Positions 31,802-41,961 of a stretch of DNA of 64,000 nt are shown in pieces; the first letter of the stretch is position 1, and each line of letters opens with the position of its first letter. Made by a program: the position numbers and the translations under genes. The stretch lies in sequence record OL960580; one strand, given 5' to 3'. The notes beneath the pieces were generated by a model. The model saw nothing but the letters and a program-made list of their open reading frames with translations. It made no database searches and had not been told where the DNA came from. This DNA comes from Escherichia phage vB_EcoM_SA21RB.

Positions 31802-32167
31802 TTAAATATCAAATTCGTTAAGAACTACATCAAAGATCGCTTCAAGATGCTCAGGTTTAGCTCGGTTGCTCAGGATGTGACGAATCCAAGTTTTAACCAG
31901 AAGCTTACGATTAACGCCATTCCAGCAAGGATGAGTCCCCAAATCGCGTTGACGAAAATCATCATCTAATGCGATTTTAAAAGAAGAACCTTCTTTCGTG
32001 ATTGAAACCGTGATGCCATTTTCAAATCGCATATAAACGTAGTTAGGAGTCATATACTGTTCAATTTCGCATACTGATCCATTTTGATGTTTCCAAAGGC
32101 AGATAGTATCAATAGAACCTGCAATACCGTTAGAAACATATTTACGTTCAAAGTTGATGTAGTTCAT
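31802..32167 (-). CDS. Hypothetical protein (30.x)
   Basis: 121-aa ORF downstream of an early promoter. Confidence 0.65.
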   Translation of the reverse strand: MNYINFERKYVSNGIAGSIDTICLWKHQNGSVCEIEQYMTPNYVYMRFENGITVSITKEGSSFKIALDDDFRQRDLGTHPCWNGVNRKLLVKTWIRHILSNRAKPEHLEAIFDVVLNEFDI

Positions 32168-32204
32168 TTTTATTCTCCGAGATGTTTAATTGCGGTACAG
32201 GTAT

Positions 32205-32233
32205 ATAATATCATATCCTGTACCAAAGTAAAC
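32205..32233 (-). promoter_or_regulatory. T4-type early promoter (GTTTAC, 17-nt spacer, TATTAT) flanked by an 8-bp inverted repeat
   Basis: Reverse complement read directly; inverted repeat GGTACAGG / CCTGTACC at 32194-32201 and 32217-32224. Confidence 0.65.
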
Positions 32234-32235
32234 AA

Positions 32236-32568
32236 TTATTTTACTACTTTCCAGTGCTGCATGTCAAGTTTACCAACTTTTTTCATCTTCTCAATTAAGC
32301 GTTCGGCACGTTGGCGAGCTGTAACATAATACCATTCACCCAATTCATTTTGTTCAATTTTTCCAACGATTACTGTATTCAATTCATAAATCCAACCAGT
32401 AAAGAAATTATGAACTTGAATTGTAAAGGTGAAATCTGTTCCCATACCTTCTGTTGTTTCTACTTCAATAATATCACCTTCAACTGCCATTAAGAACCAC
32501 ATAGTTTCATCATATTTACCATTGAAGCATTTAGTTTTAACTGTGGCGTTCAGATTAATCGTTTTCAT
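32236..32568 (-). CDS. Hypothetical protein (30.x)
   Basis: 110-aa ORF. Confidence 0.65.
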   Translation of the reverse strand: MKTINLNATVKTKCFNGKYDETMWFLMAVEGDIIEVETTEGMGTDFTFTIQVHNFFTGWIYELNTVIVGKIEQNELGEWYYVTARQRAERLIEKMKKVGKLDMQHWKVVK

Positions 32569-32595
32569 TTTATTCTCCTTTGTTTGTGTAAGATA

Positions 32596-32625
32596 ATACT
32601 ATCACAAAGGAACCATACTGTAAAC
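32596..32625 (-). promoter_or_regulatory. T4-type early promoter (GTTTAC, 18-nt spacer, TAGTAT)
   Basis: Reverse complement read directly. Confidence 0.6.
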
Positions 32626-32642
32626 AACTTTGTGCAATCTTT

Positions 32643-32674
32643 GGAAAATAAAAAAGGACTCCCGAAGGAGTCCT
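32643..32674 (-). terminator. Rho-independent terminator after 30.9
   Basis: AGGACUCC-UUCG-GGAGUCCU hairpin followed by a U-run on the minus strand. Confidence 0.75.
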
Positions 32675-32678
32675 CAAC

Positions 32679-32855
32679 TTATGCTTTCTGCTTACCAAAA
32701 CGAGAAGCATCATCTCGAAGAACCGCACGTGCTCGACGCATGATCTTCTCAACAGTTTGATTGATACGAGAGTTCGACCCACGCTTGTAGCCAGCGCGTT
32801 TAGAATCACCAACTTTCTTTTCAACTGCTTTCTTTGCTTTAACTTGTTTTGCCAT
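32679..32855 (-). CDS. 30.9: Small basic protein (30.9 position)
   Basis: 58 aa from ATG 32855 (MAKQVKAKK); an upstream ATG at 32897 would give 72 aa. Confidence 0.6.
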   Translation of the reverse strand: MAKQVKAKKAVEKKVGDSKRAGYKRGSNSRINQTVEKIMRRARAVLRDDASRFGKQKA

Positions 32856-33251
32856 TATAAATTCTCTTTTAAATGAAAATGCAGGACTTATTGGCATTGC
32901 CTGCGCAAGCCCTCAAGGGGAACATAGGTTTTGGATATTTAACGACAGGATAACCATAAACCCGTCATCATACCTTATAGCTCTTATCTGTTGCACACCG
33001 TTAGCTTAAAGGTTCCGGGTCCGATTTCTCGAGGATAAGATATATACTGATGGATATATAGGCCTTGAGGCGTACTCCCGATTGGCCATCACCTCGGGGT
33101 AGCATGCACTTGCCGCTATAAGAATAACATTCAAGAGGTACACCGTAAAACTGCCGGGGTCTTAAAACTATAATGATTCGCAAATCATTAATCAGACAGT
33201 TCGACGGCTCCTCGTTTTAACTTCACACTAAGGCAGTGACTCTCCAATAAA

Positions 33252-33500
33252 TTATTTCAGTGTTACCACAAAGTGACGAACTGCTTTTCGTGCAGCAGAA
33301 GCCAGAGGCTTAGCATACTTAAGTTCATCTTTTTCCTGAAGCTCAGCAGCTAATGCAGTTTGAGCAGGATTCAGATGTTTGAAATAACGCAGGATTTCAA
33401 GAGCTTCGGCTTCAACATCAATAGATGCGCCATAGTTTTCGTGACCATTATTCCATGCGTTTCGTTGCAGTTCAAGAGCGTGTTGTAATTGTTTAATCAT
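33252..33500 (-). CDS. rIII: RIII, lysis-inhibition accessory protein (cytoplasmic antiholin)
   Basis: 82-aa ORF immediately downstream of gene 31, matching T4 rIII length and position. Confidence 0.7.
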   Translation of the reverse strand: MIKQLQHALELQRNAWNNGHENYGASIDVEAEALEILRYFKHLNPAQTALAAELQEKDELKYAKPLASAARKAVRHFVVTLK

Positions 33501-33639
33501 TTAAAAATTCTCGTTAGAGATTAAAACTCGGTAGTCACGTTCTTCTGAATTTCATCTTCTTTCGACAGATCTCTCAGTTGTAGACTACCACGTAGAATTG
33601 TTCGGTTAACTTATTATTCCGACACCCAATTCATATTAT

Positions 33640-33647
33640 TATTTATA
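33640..33647 (-). promoter_or_regulatory. Late promoter box TATAAATA (minus strand) between gene 31 and rIII
   Basis: Reverse complement of plus TATTTATA; about 140 nt upstream of rIII. Confidence 0.4.
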
Positions 33648-33983
33648 TCACTTATAAAGACACGGAATAGCTTTATAGTGACAGGTAACGAATTTTTGTT
33701 TAATTTCTTTTGGCTGCTTAAGACCCAGAGCTACAAAAGGATGCGGAACGTTTCGAATTTGACCAACTGGAAGAGAAGTCAAATCACCAACTTCGCAGAA
33801 ACCTTCAGGAACATCAGGACCAACAGAGTGAATTACACACAGTTCAGGAACTTCACCTTGGACACGTTTACCGATAATAAGTCCTGATTCTGTAACTTCT
33901 TCATCACCGGCTTGTGCAGGTTCAGAAACTAAAATAACATATTCACCGACAGCACGAATTGGTAGCTGTTGTACTTCAGACAT
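33648..33983 (-). CDS. 31: Gp31 co-chaperonin (GroES-like)
   Basis: 111-aa ORF, N-terminus [16 protein letters not shown]; length of T4 gp31. Confidence 0.92.
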   Translation of the reverse strand: MSEVQQLPIRAVGEYVILVSEPAQAGDEEVTESGLIIGKRVQGEVPELCVIHSVGPDVPEGFCEVGDLTSLPVGQIRNVPHPFVALGLKQPKEIKQKFVTCHYKAIPCLYK

Positions 33984-34039
33984 CGTTTTTCCTTTTTGTT
34001 AACAGATGAGTTAATAATAACAAATAATTCTTAAAGCAT

Positions 34040-34348
34040 TTATTTACCAATAAATTGAAGCAAATGCTCAACTTTCATACCATTAACGGAAATCAATTTG
34101 TCAATAGAAAAACCTCGCCATGCACCAAGCTCAACATCAAATACTGGAATCATATCAATAGATTCTTTCCGAGTAGATTCAGTCAATTTACCGGTTTGCA
34201 TAGTTGGCATAAAGTCAGCATCACGAGTGCCTTTCATAGTACGAATAGTACCATCAGACTTTTCAAAAACCACGTTTGAAATACCCATGGACAATTTAGT
34301 TTTCAAAATTTCACGAATTGCTTGCTTCTGCTTAGTTGTCAGTTTCAT
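34040..34348 (-). CDS. 31.1: Hypothetical protein (31.1 position)
   Basis: 102-aa ORF. Confidence 0.65.
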   Translation of the reverse strand: MKLTTKQKQAIREILKTKLSMGISNVVFEKSDGTIRTMKGTRDADFMPTMQTGKLTESTRKESIDMIPVFDVELGAWRGFSIDKLISVNGMKVEHLLQFIGK

Positions 34349-34585
34349 TTATTTACCTATTACAGTTTTAATATGGGTTGTTCCACGTTCTTTAAGAGTG
34401 GAAAGCAATTTTTGGCATTTTTCTAAATCAGATTTCCAACTATATGGTCTATCAATACAAACCCATTCTGACTTATAATACTGCTTCCATTTAGAGAAAA
34501 AATATTTCTTATACTCTACAGCAAATGAAATGTTCTCATTAGAATAAGAACTAATTGCTGTGAGTTGTACCAAACGAAATTTCAT
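34349..34585 (-). CDS. 31.2: Hypothetical protein (31.2 position)
   Basis: 78-aa ORF. Confidence 0.6.
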   Translation of the reverse strand: MKFRLVQLTAISSYSNENISFAVEYKKYFFSKWKQYYKSEWVCIDRPYSWKSDLEKCQKLLSTLKERGTTHIKTVIGK

Positions 34586-35166
34586 TATTCACCACAGAAT
34601 TCGTTGATATTTTCCCAATTTAACTTATTCAAGTTTTTCTTAGGAACATTAAACACTTCAATACCTGCATTTCGCAGAATATCATCCCAGCCAGGTTTAT
34701 TCTTATCGTATGTTTCGCAATAAACCAGCTTTTTAATTCCAGATTGAGCTATCGCTTTTGCACAATCTGGGCAAGGAGAAAGTGTTACATACATAGTAGC
34801 ACCTTCAATTGAAGAACCGTTTCGCGCAGCAAACAAAATTGCATTTAGCTCAGCATGAATTTCATTTTTAGACGACCATTCAGAGTGAGCACTACGGTGT
34901 TCTTTCGCTAAGACAAAACGATCAGTTGAACCAAACGATACACATTCGGGCTTATGACCTTGAATGATAGTATGTTTAGGTTTATTCAGCAACCAACCTT
35001 GCTCAGCAGCATAATCACAACAGTTCACACCACCTGCCGGAGAACCATTATATCCGGTAGAAATAATACGTCCATTCTTTTCAATTACTGCTCCTACCTT
35101 CCAGGAGCAACATTTGGATTCTTGTGATACTAAATATGCAATTTGAAGTACTGTACTCGCTTTCAT
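34585..35166 (-). CDS. cd: dCMP deaminase
   Basis: 193-aa ORF with zinc-binding deaminase motifs HAE and PCxxC. Confidence 0.9.
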   Translation of the reverse strand: MKASTVLQIAYLVSQESKCCSWKVGAVIEKNGRIISTGYNGSPAGGVNCCDYAAEQGWLLNKPKHTIIQGHKPECVSFGSTDRFVLAKEHRSAHSEWSSKNEIHAELNAILFAARNGSSIEGATMYVTLSPCPDCAKAIAQSGIKKLVYCETYDKNKPGWDDILRNAGIEVFNVPKKNLNKLNWENINEFCGE

Positions 35167-35501
35167 TTCATAATCACCAGATAAGCAGATTTAGCAGTTT
35201 CAACACGATAAATTTCATGACGAAGTTTAGTTATACTTTTAATAACAGAACTAATTATATTCTGCCCATCTTTAAAGCGGTTTTTCTTATCAATGAAAAT
35301 TGCACCAGCCATCTTTTTGTGAAGCTCAACTGGATACTTCGTCACAATAATAGCATCATACACAGAAGGATGAATACTATTCACTAGAGTATCGTTCATT
35401 AAAGTTATTCTAATGAACTGTGCTGTTTCAGAATCAAGCGCTCTATGATCGCCAGTATCATTTTCAAGACAATTATCAATTATATCAGTTAAATTCATCA
35501 T
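35163..35501 (-). CDS. cd.1: Hypothetical protein (cd.1)
   Basis: 112-aa ORF. Confidence 0.6.
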   Translation of the reverse strand: MMNLTDIIDNCLENDTGDHRALDSETAQFIRITLMNDTLVNSIHPSVYDAIIVTKYPVELHKKMAGAIFIDKKNRFKDGQNIISSVIKSITKLRHEIYRVETAKSAYLVIMK

Positions 35502-35734
35502 AGTACGCCATACACCCTTTGTGCTTCAACTAATCCATCAAAATCCAATTTGAGATGTGTTATTTGGTCACCATCGCCTGGATTCACAATTACTAATACT
35601 GAACGAGGAGTTTCGGTAATAACACGAACCGATGTTTCAGGAAATCGTTCAGAAACCTTATTTACCAATTCCTGAGCAAATAGTTTAACTTTTTCTTGAA
35701 ATTCTTTAACAGTAATTGGTTTTTCACTTAGCAT
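35498..35734 (-). CDS. cd.2: Hypothetical protein (cd.2)
   Basis: 78-aa ORF downstream of an early promoter. Confidence 0.6.
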   Translation of the reverse strand: MLSEKPITVKEFQEKVKLFAQELVNKVSERFPETSVRVITETPRSVLVIVNPGDGDQITHLKLDFDGLVEAQRVYGVL

Positions 35735-35764
35735 TTCAATTTCCTCATTTATTTTGGTAGAGCT

Positions 35765-35794
35765 ATAATATCACAACTCTACCGTAAAGTAAAC
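35765..35794 (-). promoter_or_regulatory. T4-type early promoter (GTTTAC, 18-nt spacer, TATTAT)
   Basis: Reverse complement read directly. Confidence 0.65.
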
Positions 35795-35796
35795 TA

Positions 35797-36072
35797 TTAA
35801 ATTGCTTTGAATTCTGATGTCTGCGATTCAAAACGAATATCGCCTTTGATGACTAGCTCAGCATCAAGACCGAATACGACAATGATATGCGCAGAACCTG
35901 GATACAGCGTAATGGCGATAGAATCAACCTGGTCTGGAAGCAAAGTGTTCAATACATGAGTCACTTGAGCATGAATTCGAAGCTCAGCTGCGTTATCAAG
36001 CTTTTCAAACATATTATTAGCTATAATTTGGCTAAACACTACTTCTACGATTTTAGAATAAGTCGGAAACAT
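35797..36072 (-). CDS. cd.3: Hypothetical protein (cd.3)
   Basis: 91-aa ORF. Confidence 0.6.
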   Translation of the reverse strand: MFPTYSKIVEVVFSQIIANNMFEKLDNAAELRIHAQVTHVLNTLLPDQVDSIAITLYPGSAHIIVVFGLDAELVIKGDIRFESQTSEFKAI

Positions 36073-36074
36073 AT

Positions 36075-36267
36075 TTACCTCACATAATTTTCTTCAAGCC
36101 AATCAATAACATCTAAAGCATTATCAAAAATTGAGCCATCTACTTTGTCTTCTGTTTCATAATCAAGAACATCTAAGCCTACTCTTCCATCAACAATAGG
36201 CCATAAACAAAATAAATATTTCTTTTCTTTTTCAATCTTATCGCAAAGACGATAAATCTTTTCTAAG

Positions 36268-36275
<8 letters not shown>
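36075..36275 (-). CDS. cd.4: Hypothetical protein (cd.4)
   Basis: 66-aa ORF. Confidence 0.55.
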
Positions 36276-37690
<1,415 letters not shown>

Positions 37691-37693
37691 TTA

Positions 37694-37924
37694 TTATTTC
37701 TCAACCAATGATTGAATATAATCATGCAAGTCTTTAGATGCTTTACCCCACTTATTTTGGTATTCATTTTTAAGATTAGCACGTGATTGAGCTAATAAAA
37801 CATCATTAGTTGGAGGTAAAGATTCTAATCGTTGAATCTGGCGTCCATAAATCATTGCAGCCATCTCGGATTCATAAATCAATCCTTTGAGATGTTCAAA
37901 TTGATGCCATGAAATCATTTGCAT
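37694..37924 (-). CDS. Hypothetical protein
   Basis: 76-aa ORF. Confidence 0.55.
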   Translation of the reverse strand: MQMISWHQFEHLKGLIYESEMAAMIYGRQIQRLESLPPTNDVLLAQSRANLKNEYQNKWGKASKDLHDYIQSLVEK

Positions 37925-38214
37925 TTATCCTCTTTTAACTCTTGGCGATAATAACATATCATAGTTTTCTGATCATGTACATATCGTTTTACATCATTAA
38001 GCCAAATACGAAATTCCTGGGAATCTTCAAATGGCATACCGACCCAAGCTTTACCATCGATAACTTTAACTTGCCAAGATAGTTTAGCTTCATCATATAA
38101 CTTTATCTGCACAGGCCAATTAGGATGAACTGTTTCTTTCTTTACTTCTAGAGGCTTTGTCGAACAACCAACTAGAAGACCAATAGATAATATTACTGCT
38201 GATAGTTTAATCAT
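37915..38214 (-). CDS. pseT.2: Outer-membrane spanin (lipoprotein)
   Basis: 99-aa ORF with signal peptide and lipobox LVGC followed by S; overlaps the i-spanin gene. Confidence 0.75.
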   Translation of the reverse strand: MIKLSAVILSIGLLVGCSTKPLEVKKETVHPNWPVQIKLYDEAKLSWQVKVIDGKAWVGMPFEDSQEFRIWLNDVKRYVHDQKTMICYYRQELKEDKCK

Positions 38215-38564
38215 TTAGAAAGGTCCTGGATGTCTTCTGCGAACTTATTAAAGGAGTTGTTGATTTGTTTTTCAACCAATCCTGGCTTATGAGCCACCAC
38301 ATCCGCCTTCTTTGCGTCTTTGCGCAGTTTTTCATTTTCACGCTCAATAGCAGCAATTGCCTCACGATTTTTATTATTCATCGCATCAATATAATTATAT
38401 TGAATTTTTAAATCATTTAATGCTAAAGCGTTTTCATTGGCCGTTTTTGTAATTTCTACAACAGACGTTTCTAATCTTTCAATTTTACTTTTTAAAATTA
38501 AAGAAGTTCCGCCCAATGCAATTACAATTAATAACAAACCTGCTGTCGTATTACTTAATTGCAT
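38211..38564 (-). CDS. pseT.3: Inner-membrane spanin
   Basis: 117-aa ORF with N-terminal transmembrane segment followed by coiled-coil-like sequence. Confidence 0.75.
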   Translation of the reverse strand: MQLSNTTAGLLLIVIALGGTSLILKSKIERLETSVVEITKTANENALALNDLKIQYNYIDAMNNKNREAIAAIERENEKLRKDAKKADVVAHKPGLVEKQINNSFNKFAEDIQDLSK

Positions 38565-39061
38565 AAAGTTTTAATAACCTCTACAATATCGTCTTGAGAA
38601 AGACCGTTAATTAAAATATGATGTTCAGCCGGAGATTTAGAAATTTTAAAGCATGCCTCAACATCTTCTGCCATATCTGATGCGCTACGATTTGGATTAC
38701 TAATTCCAAGACGATGTTTTCCCGTTAAAGGATTAACGATGATATAACATTTACAGTTGTTAATATGAACATTAGGTTGAGTCTGATTAATGAATACTTC
38801 GCAGTCGTATTTCGCAAGCTGATTTTCTAAAAAGACTTTCATCTCCTCAACCGCATCAGGAAGCATATCACGGGCTTGCTCAAGACGACGATTTCGATAT
38901 TCTTTAATGGTCGTTTTCCGCTTTGCTTGCTTAGCTAAATCTTTCTTAAGATCGGTGATATATCCAACTCGACGATTTCCTTTAAATACAGAAATCCCAT
39001 CCGTGGTATCACCGTATGCTTCAACGACCATTTCAGTAGTAATAAGCTGTAAATCCATCAT
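38555..39061 (-). CDS. alc: Alc, host transcription shutoff protein
   Basis: 168-aa ORF upstream of the spanins and downstream of rnlA, as T4 alc; SD GAGGA. Confidence 0.7.
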   Translation of the reverse strand: MMDLQLITTEMVVEAYGDTTDGISVFKGNRRVGYITDLKKDLAKQAKRKTTIKEYRNRRLEQARDMLPDAVEEMKVFLENQLAKYDCEVFINQTQPNVHINNCKCYIIVNPLTGKHRLGISNPNRSASDMAEDVEACFKISKSPAEHHILINGLSQDDIVEVIKTLCN

Positions 39062-39070
39062 AAAGTCCTC

Positions 39071-39119
39071 ATGTTATGTCAGTAAGATTACTATAACACA
39101 ACACGAGGGACTTGTAAAC
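39071..39119. repeat. 49-bp promoter-leader repeat, copy B (48/49 identical to 23797-23845)
   Basis: Direct comparison. Confidence 0.9.
39090..39119 (-). promoter_or_regulatory. T4-type early promoter (GTTTAC, 18-nt spacer, TATAGT) upstream of alc
   Basis: Reverse complement read directly. Confidence 0.65.
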
Positions 39120-39122
39120 AGC

Positions 39123-40710
<1,588 letters not shown>

Positions 40711-40717
40711 AATAAAA

Positions 40718-40733
40718 TGGGCCTTGCGGCCCA
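40718..40733 (-). terminator. Stem-loop GGGCC-UUGC-GGCCC between nrdB and denA
   Basis: 5-6 bp GC stem followed by AUUUUAUU on the minus strand. Confidence 0.5.
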
Positions 40734-40737
40734 CTCC

Positions 40738-41907
40738 TTAAAAATATTTTTTAAAACCCATCATAACTTTATCATCAACATCATTATCAATCTGTGCTAC
40801 AAGGTAAGATGACAGTTCTACTTCTTGTGGCGCGGATTGAACATTATCAGAATTAAGATATTCACGAATCCAAGGATACGGGTGTTTAACCGGAGCATCG
40901 GTAATTGGGCATGGAAGACCACACTGTTTCATACGAGATACAGTTAAGTAATCAATAAAGCTCCACATGCTATTTGTATTTAATCCAGGAACATCGCCAT
41001 CTTTAAATAAATGAACTGCCCAGTCTTTTTCTTGACGGTTAACTTCCATGAAAATATCAACTGCTTCTTGTTCACACTCTTGAGCAATTTTAACCCATTC
41101 ATCGCCATCAGTGCCAAGTTGAAGTTGACGAATAATATATTGAGTGCCTTTAAGGTGAAGCTGTTCATCACGAGCAATGAACTTCATAATCTTGGCATTA
41201 CCTTCCATGATTTCCATGTTCTTATGGAAGTTAAAGGTACATGCGAAAGATACATAAAAACGAATAGCTTCCAATGCGTTGATTACATGAAGGCAAAGAT
41301 AAAGAGATTTCATTAATGCTCGTTTAGTACATTCAACAACTTTGCCTAACTCTTCTTTACGAAATCCTTCTGATAAAATTCCTTCATAATCTTCAACCGC
41401 ATTCTGATATTCACGAGTCTTAACTAGAACGTCATCATAATAACGACCAATAGATTCAGCACGTTTCATGATAGCTTTATCTAATACAATCTCATCAAAT
41501 ACCTTTGATGGATCAGTATAAAGATTTCGCATGATATGGGTATATGAACGACTGTGAATAGTTTCGCTAAAAGTCCATGTAGCAACCCATGTATCAAGGC
41601 TTGGATCTGAAATTAATGACATAAGTACAGCAGATGGTGCACGACCCTGAATGCTATCTAGAAGTGATTGATACTTCAGGTTATTAGTAAAAATATCTTG
41701 CTGATACTGAGGAAGCTTGTTAAATTGTGCAGCATCCATCATCAAGTTTACTTCTTCAGGACGCCAGAAAAATGATAATTGCTTTTCGGTTAAATCTTCA
41801 AAAACTTTATGGCGTTGAATATCATAACGCGCAATACCAAGACCTGAACCGAAGAACATGGGTTCTTTTAAAACATCAACTGGATTTGTATTAAAAACTG
41901 TGCTCAT
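40738..41907 (-). CDS. nrdB: Ribonucleotide reductase small subunit NrdB (uninterrupted)
   Basis: 389-aa continuous ORF; no intron. Confidence 0.93.
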   Translation of the reverse strand: MSTVFNTNPVDVLKEPMFFGSGLGIARYDIQRHKVFEDLTEKQLSFFWRPEEVNLMMDAAQFNKLPQYQQDIFTNNLKYQSLLDSIQGRAPSAVLMSLISDPSLDTWVATWTFSETIHSRSYTHIMRNLYTDPSKVFDEIVLDKAIMKRAESIGRYYDDVLVKTREYQNAVEDYEGILSEGFRKEELGKVVECTKRALMKSLYLCLHVINALEAIRFYVSFACTFNFHKNMEIMEGNAKIMKFIARDEQLHLKGTQYIIRQLQLGTDGDEWVKIAQECEQEAVDIFMEVNRQEKDWAVHLFKDGDVPGLNTNSMWSFIDYLTVSRMKQCGLPCPITDAPVKHPYPWIREYLNSDNVQSAPQEVELSSYLVAQIDNDVDDKVMMGFKKYF

Positions 41908-41943
41908 AAATTTTCCGCTTAGTTAATAGATAGTGACTCGTCC

Positions 41944-41961
41944 GTGAGTCAAATTATATCA
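41944..41961. terminator. Stem-loop UGACUC-loop-GAGUCA overlapping the nrdA stop
   Basis: 6-bp stem with 6-nt loop. Confidence 0.35.

Noticed and set aside
33001-33183. 60-aa ORF inside the 30.9-rIII non-coding island
   Set aside because: Starts at TTG, has no SD, and its amino-acid composition is implausible; treated as non-coding
32898-33251. Possible tRNA gene in the GC-elevated island
   Set aside because: No canonical T-loop (GGTTCGANTCC) or D-loop signature on either strand; cannot support a tRNA call by eye
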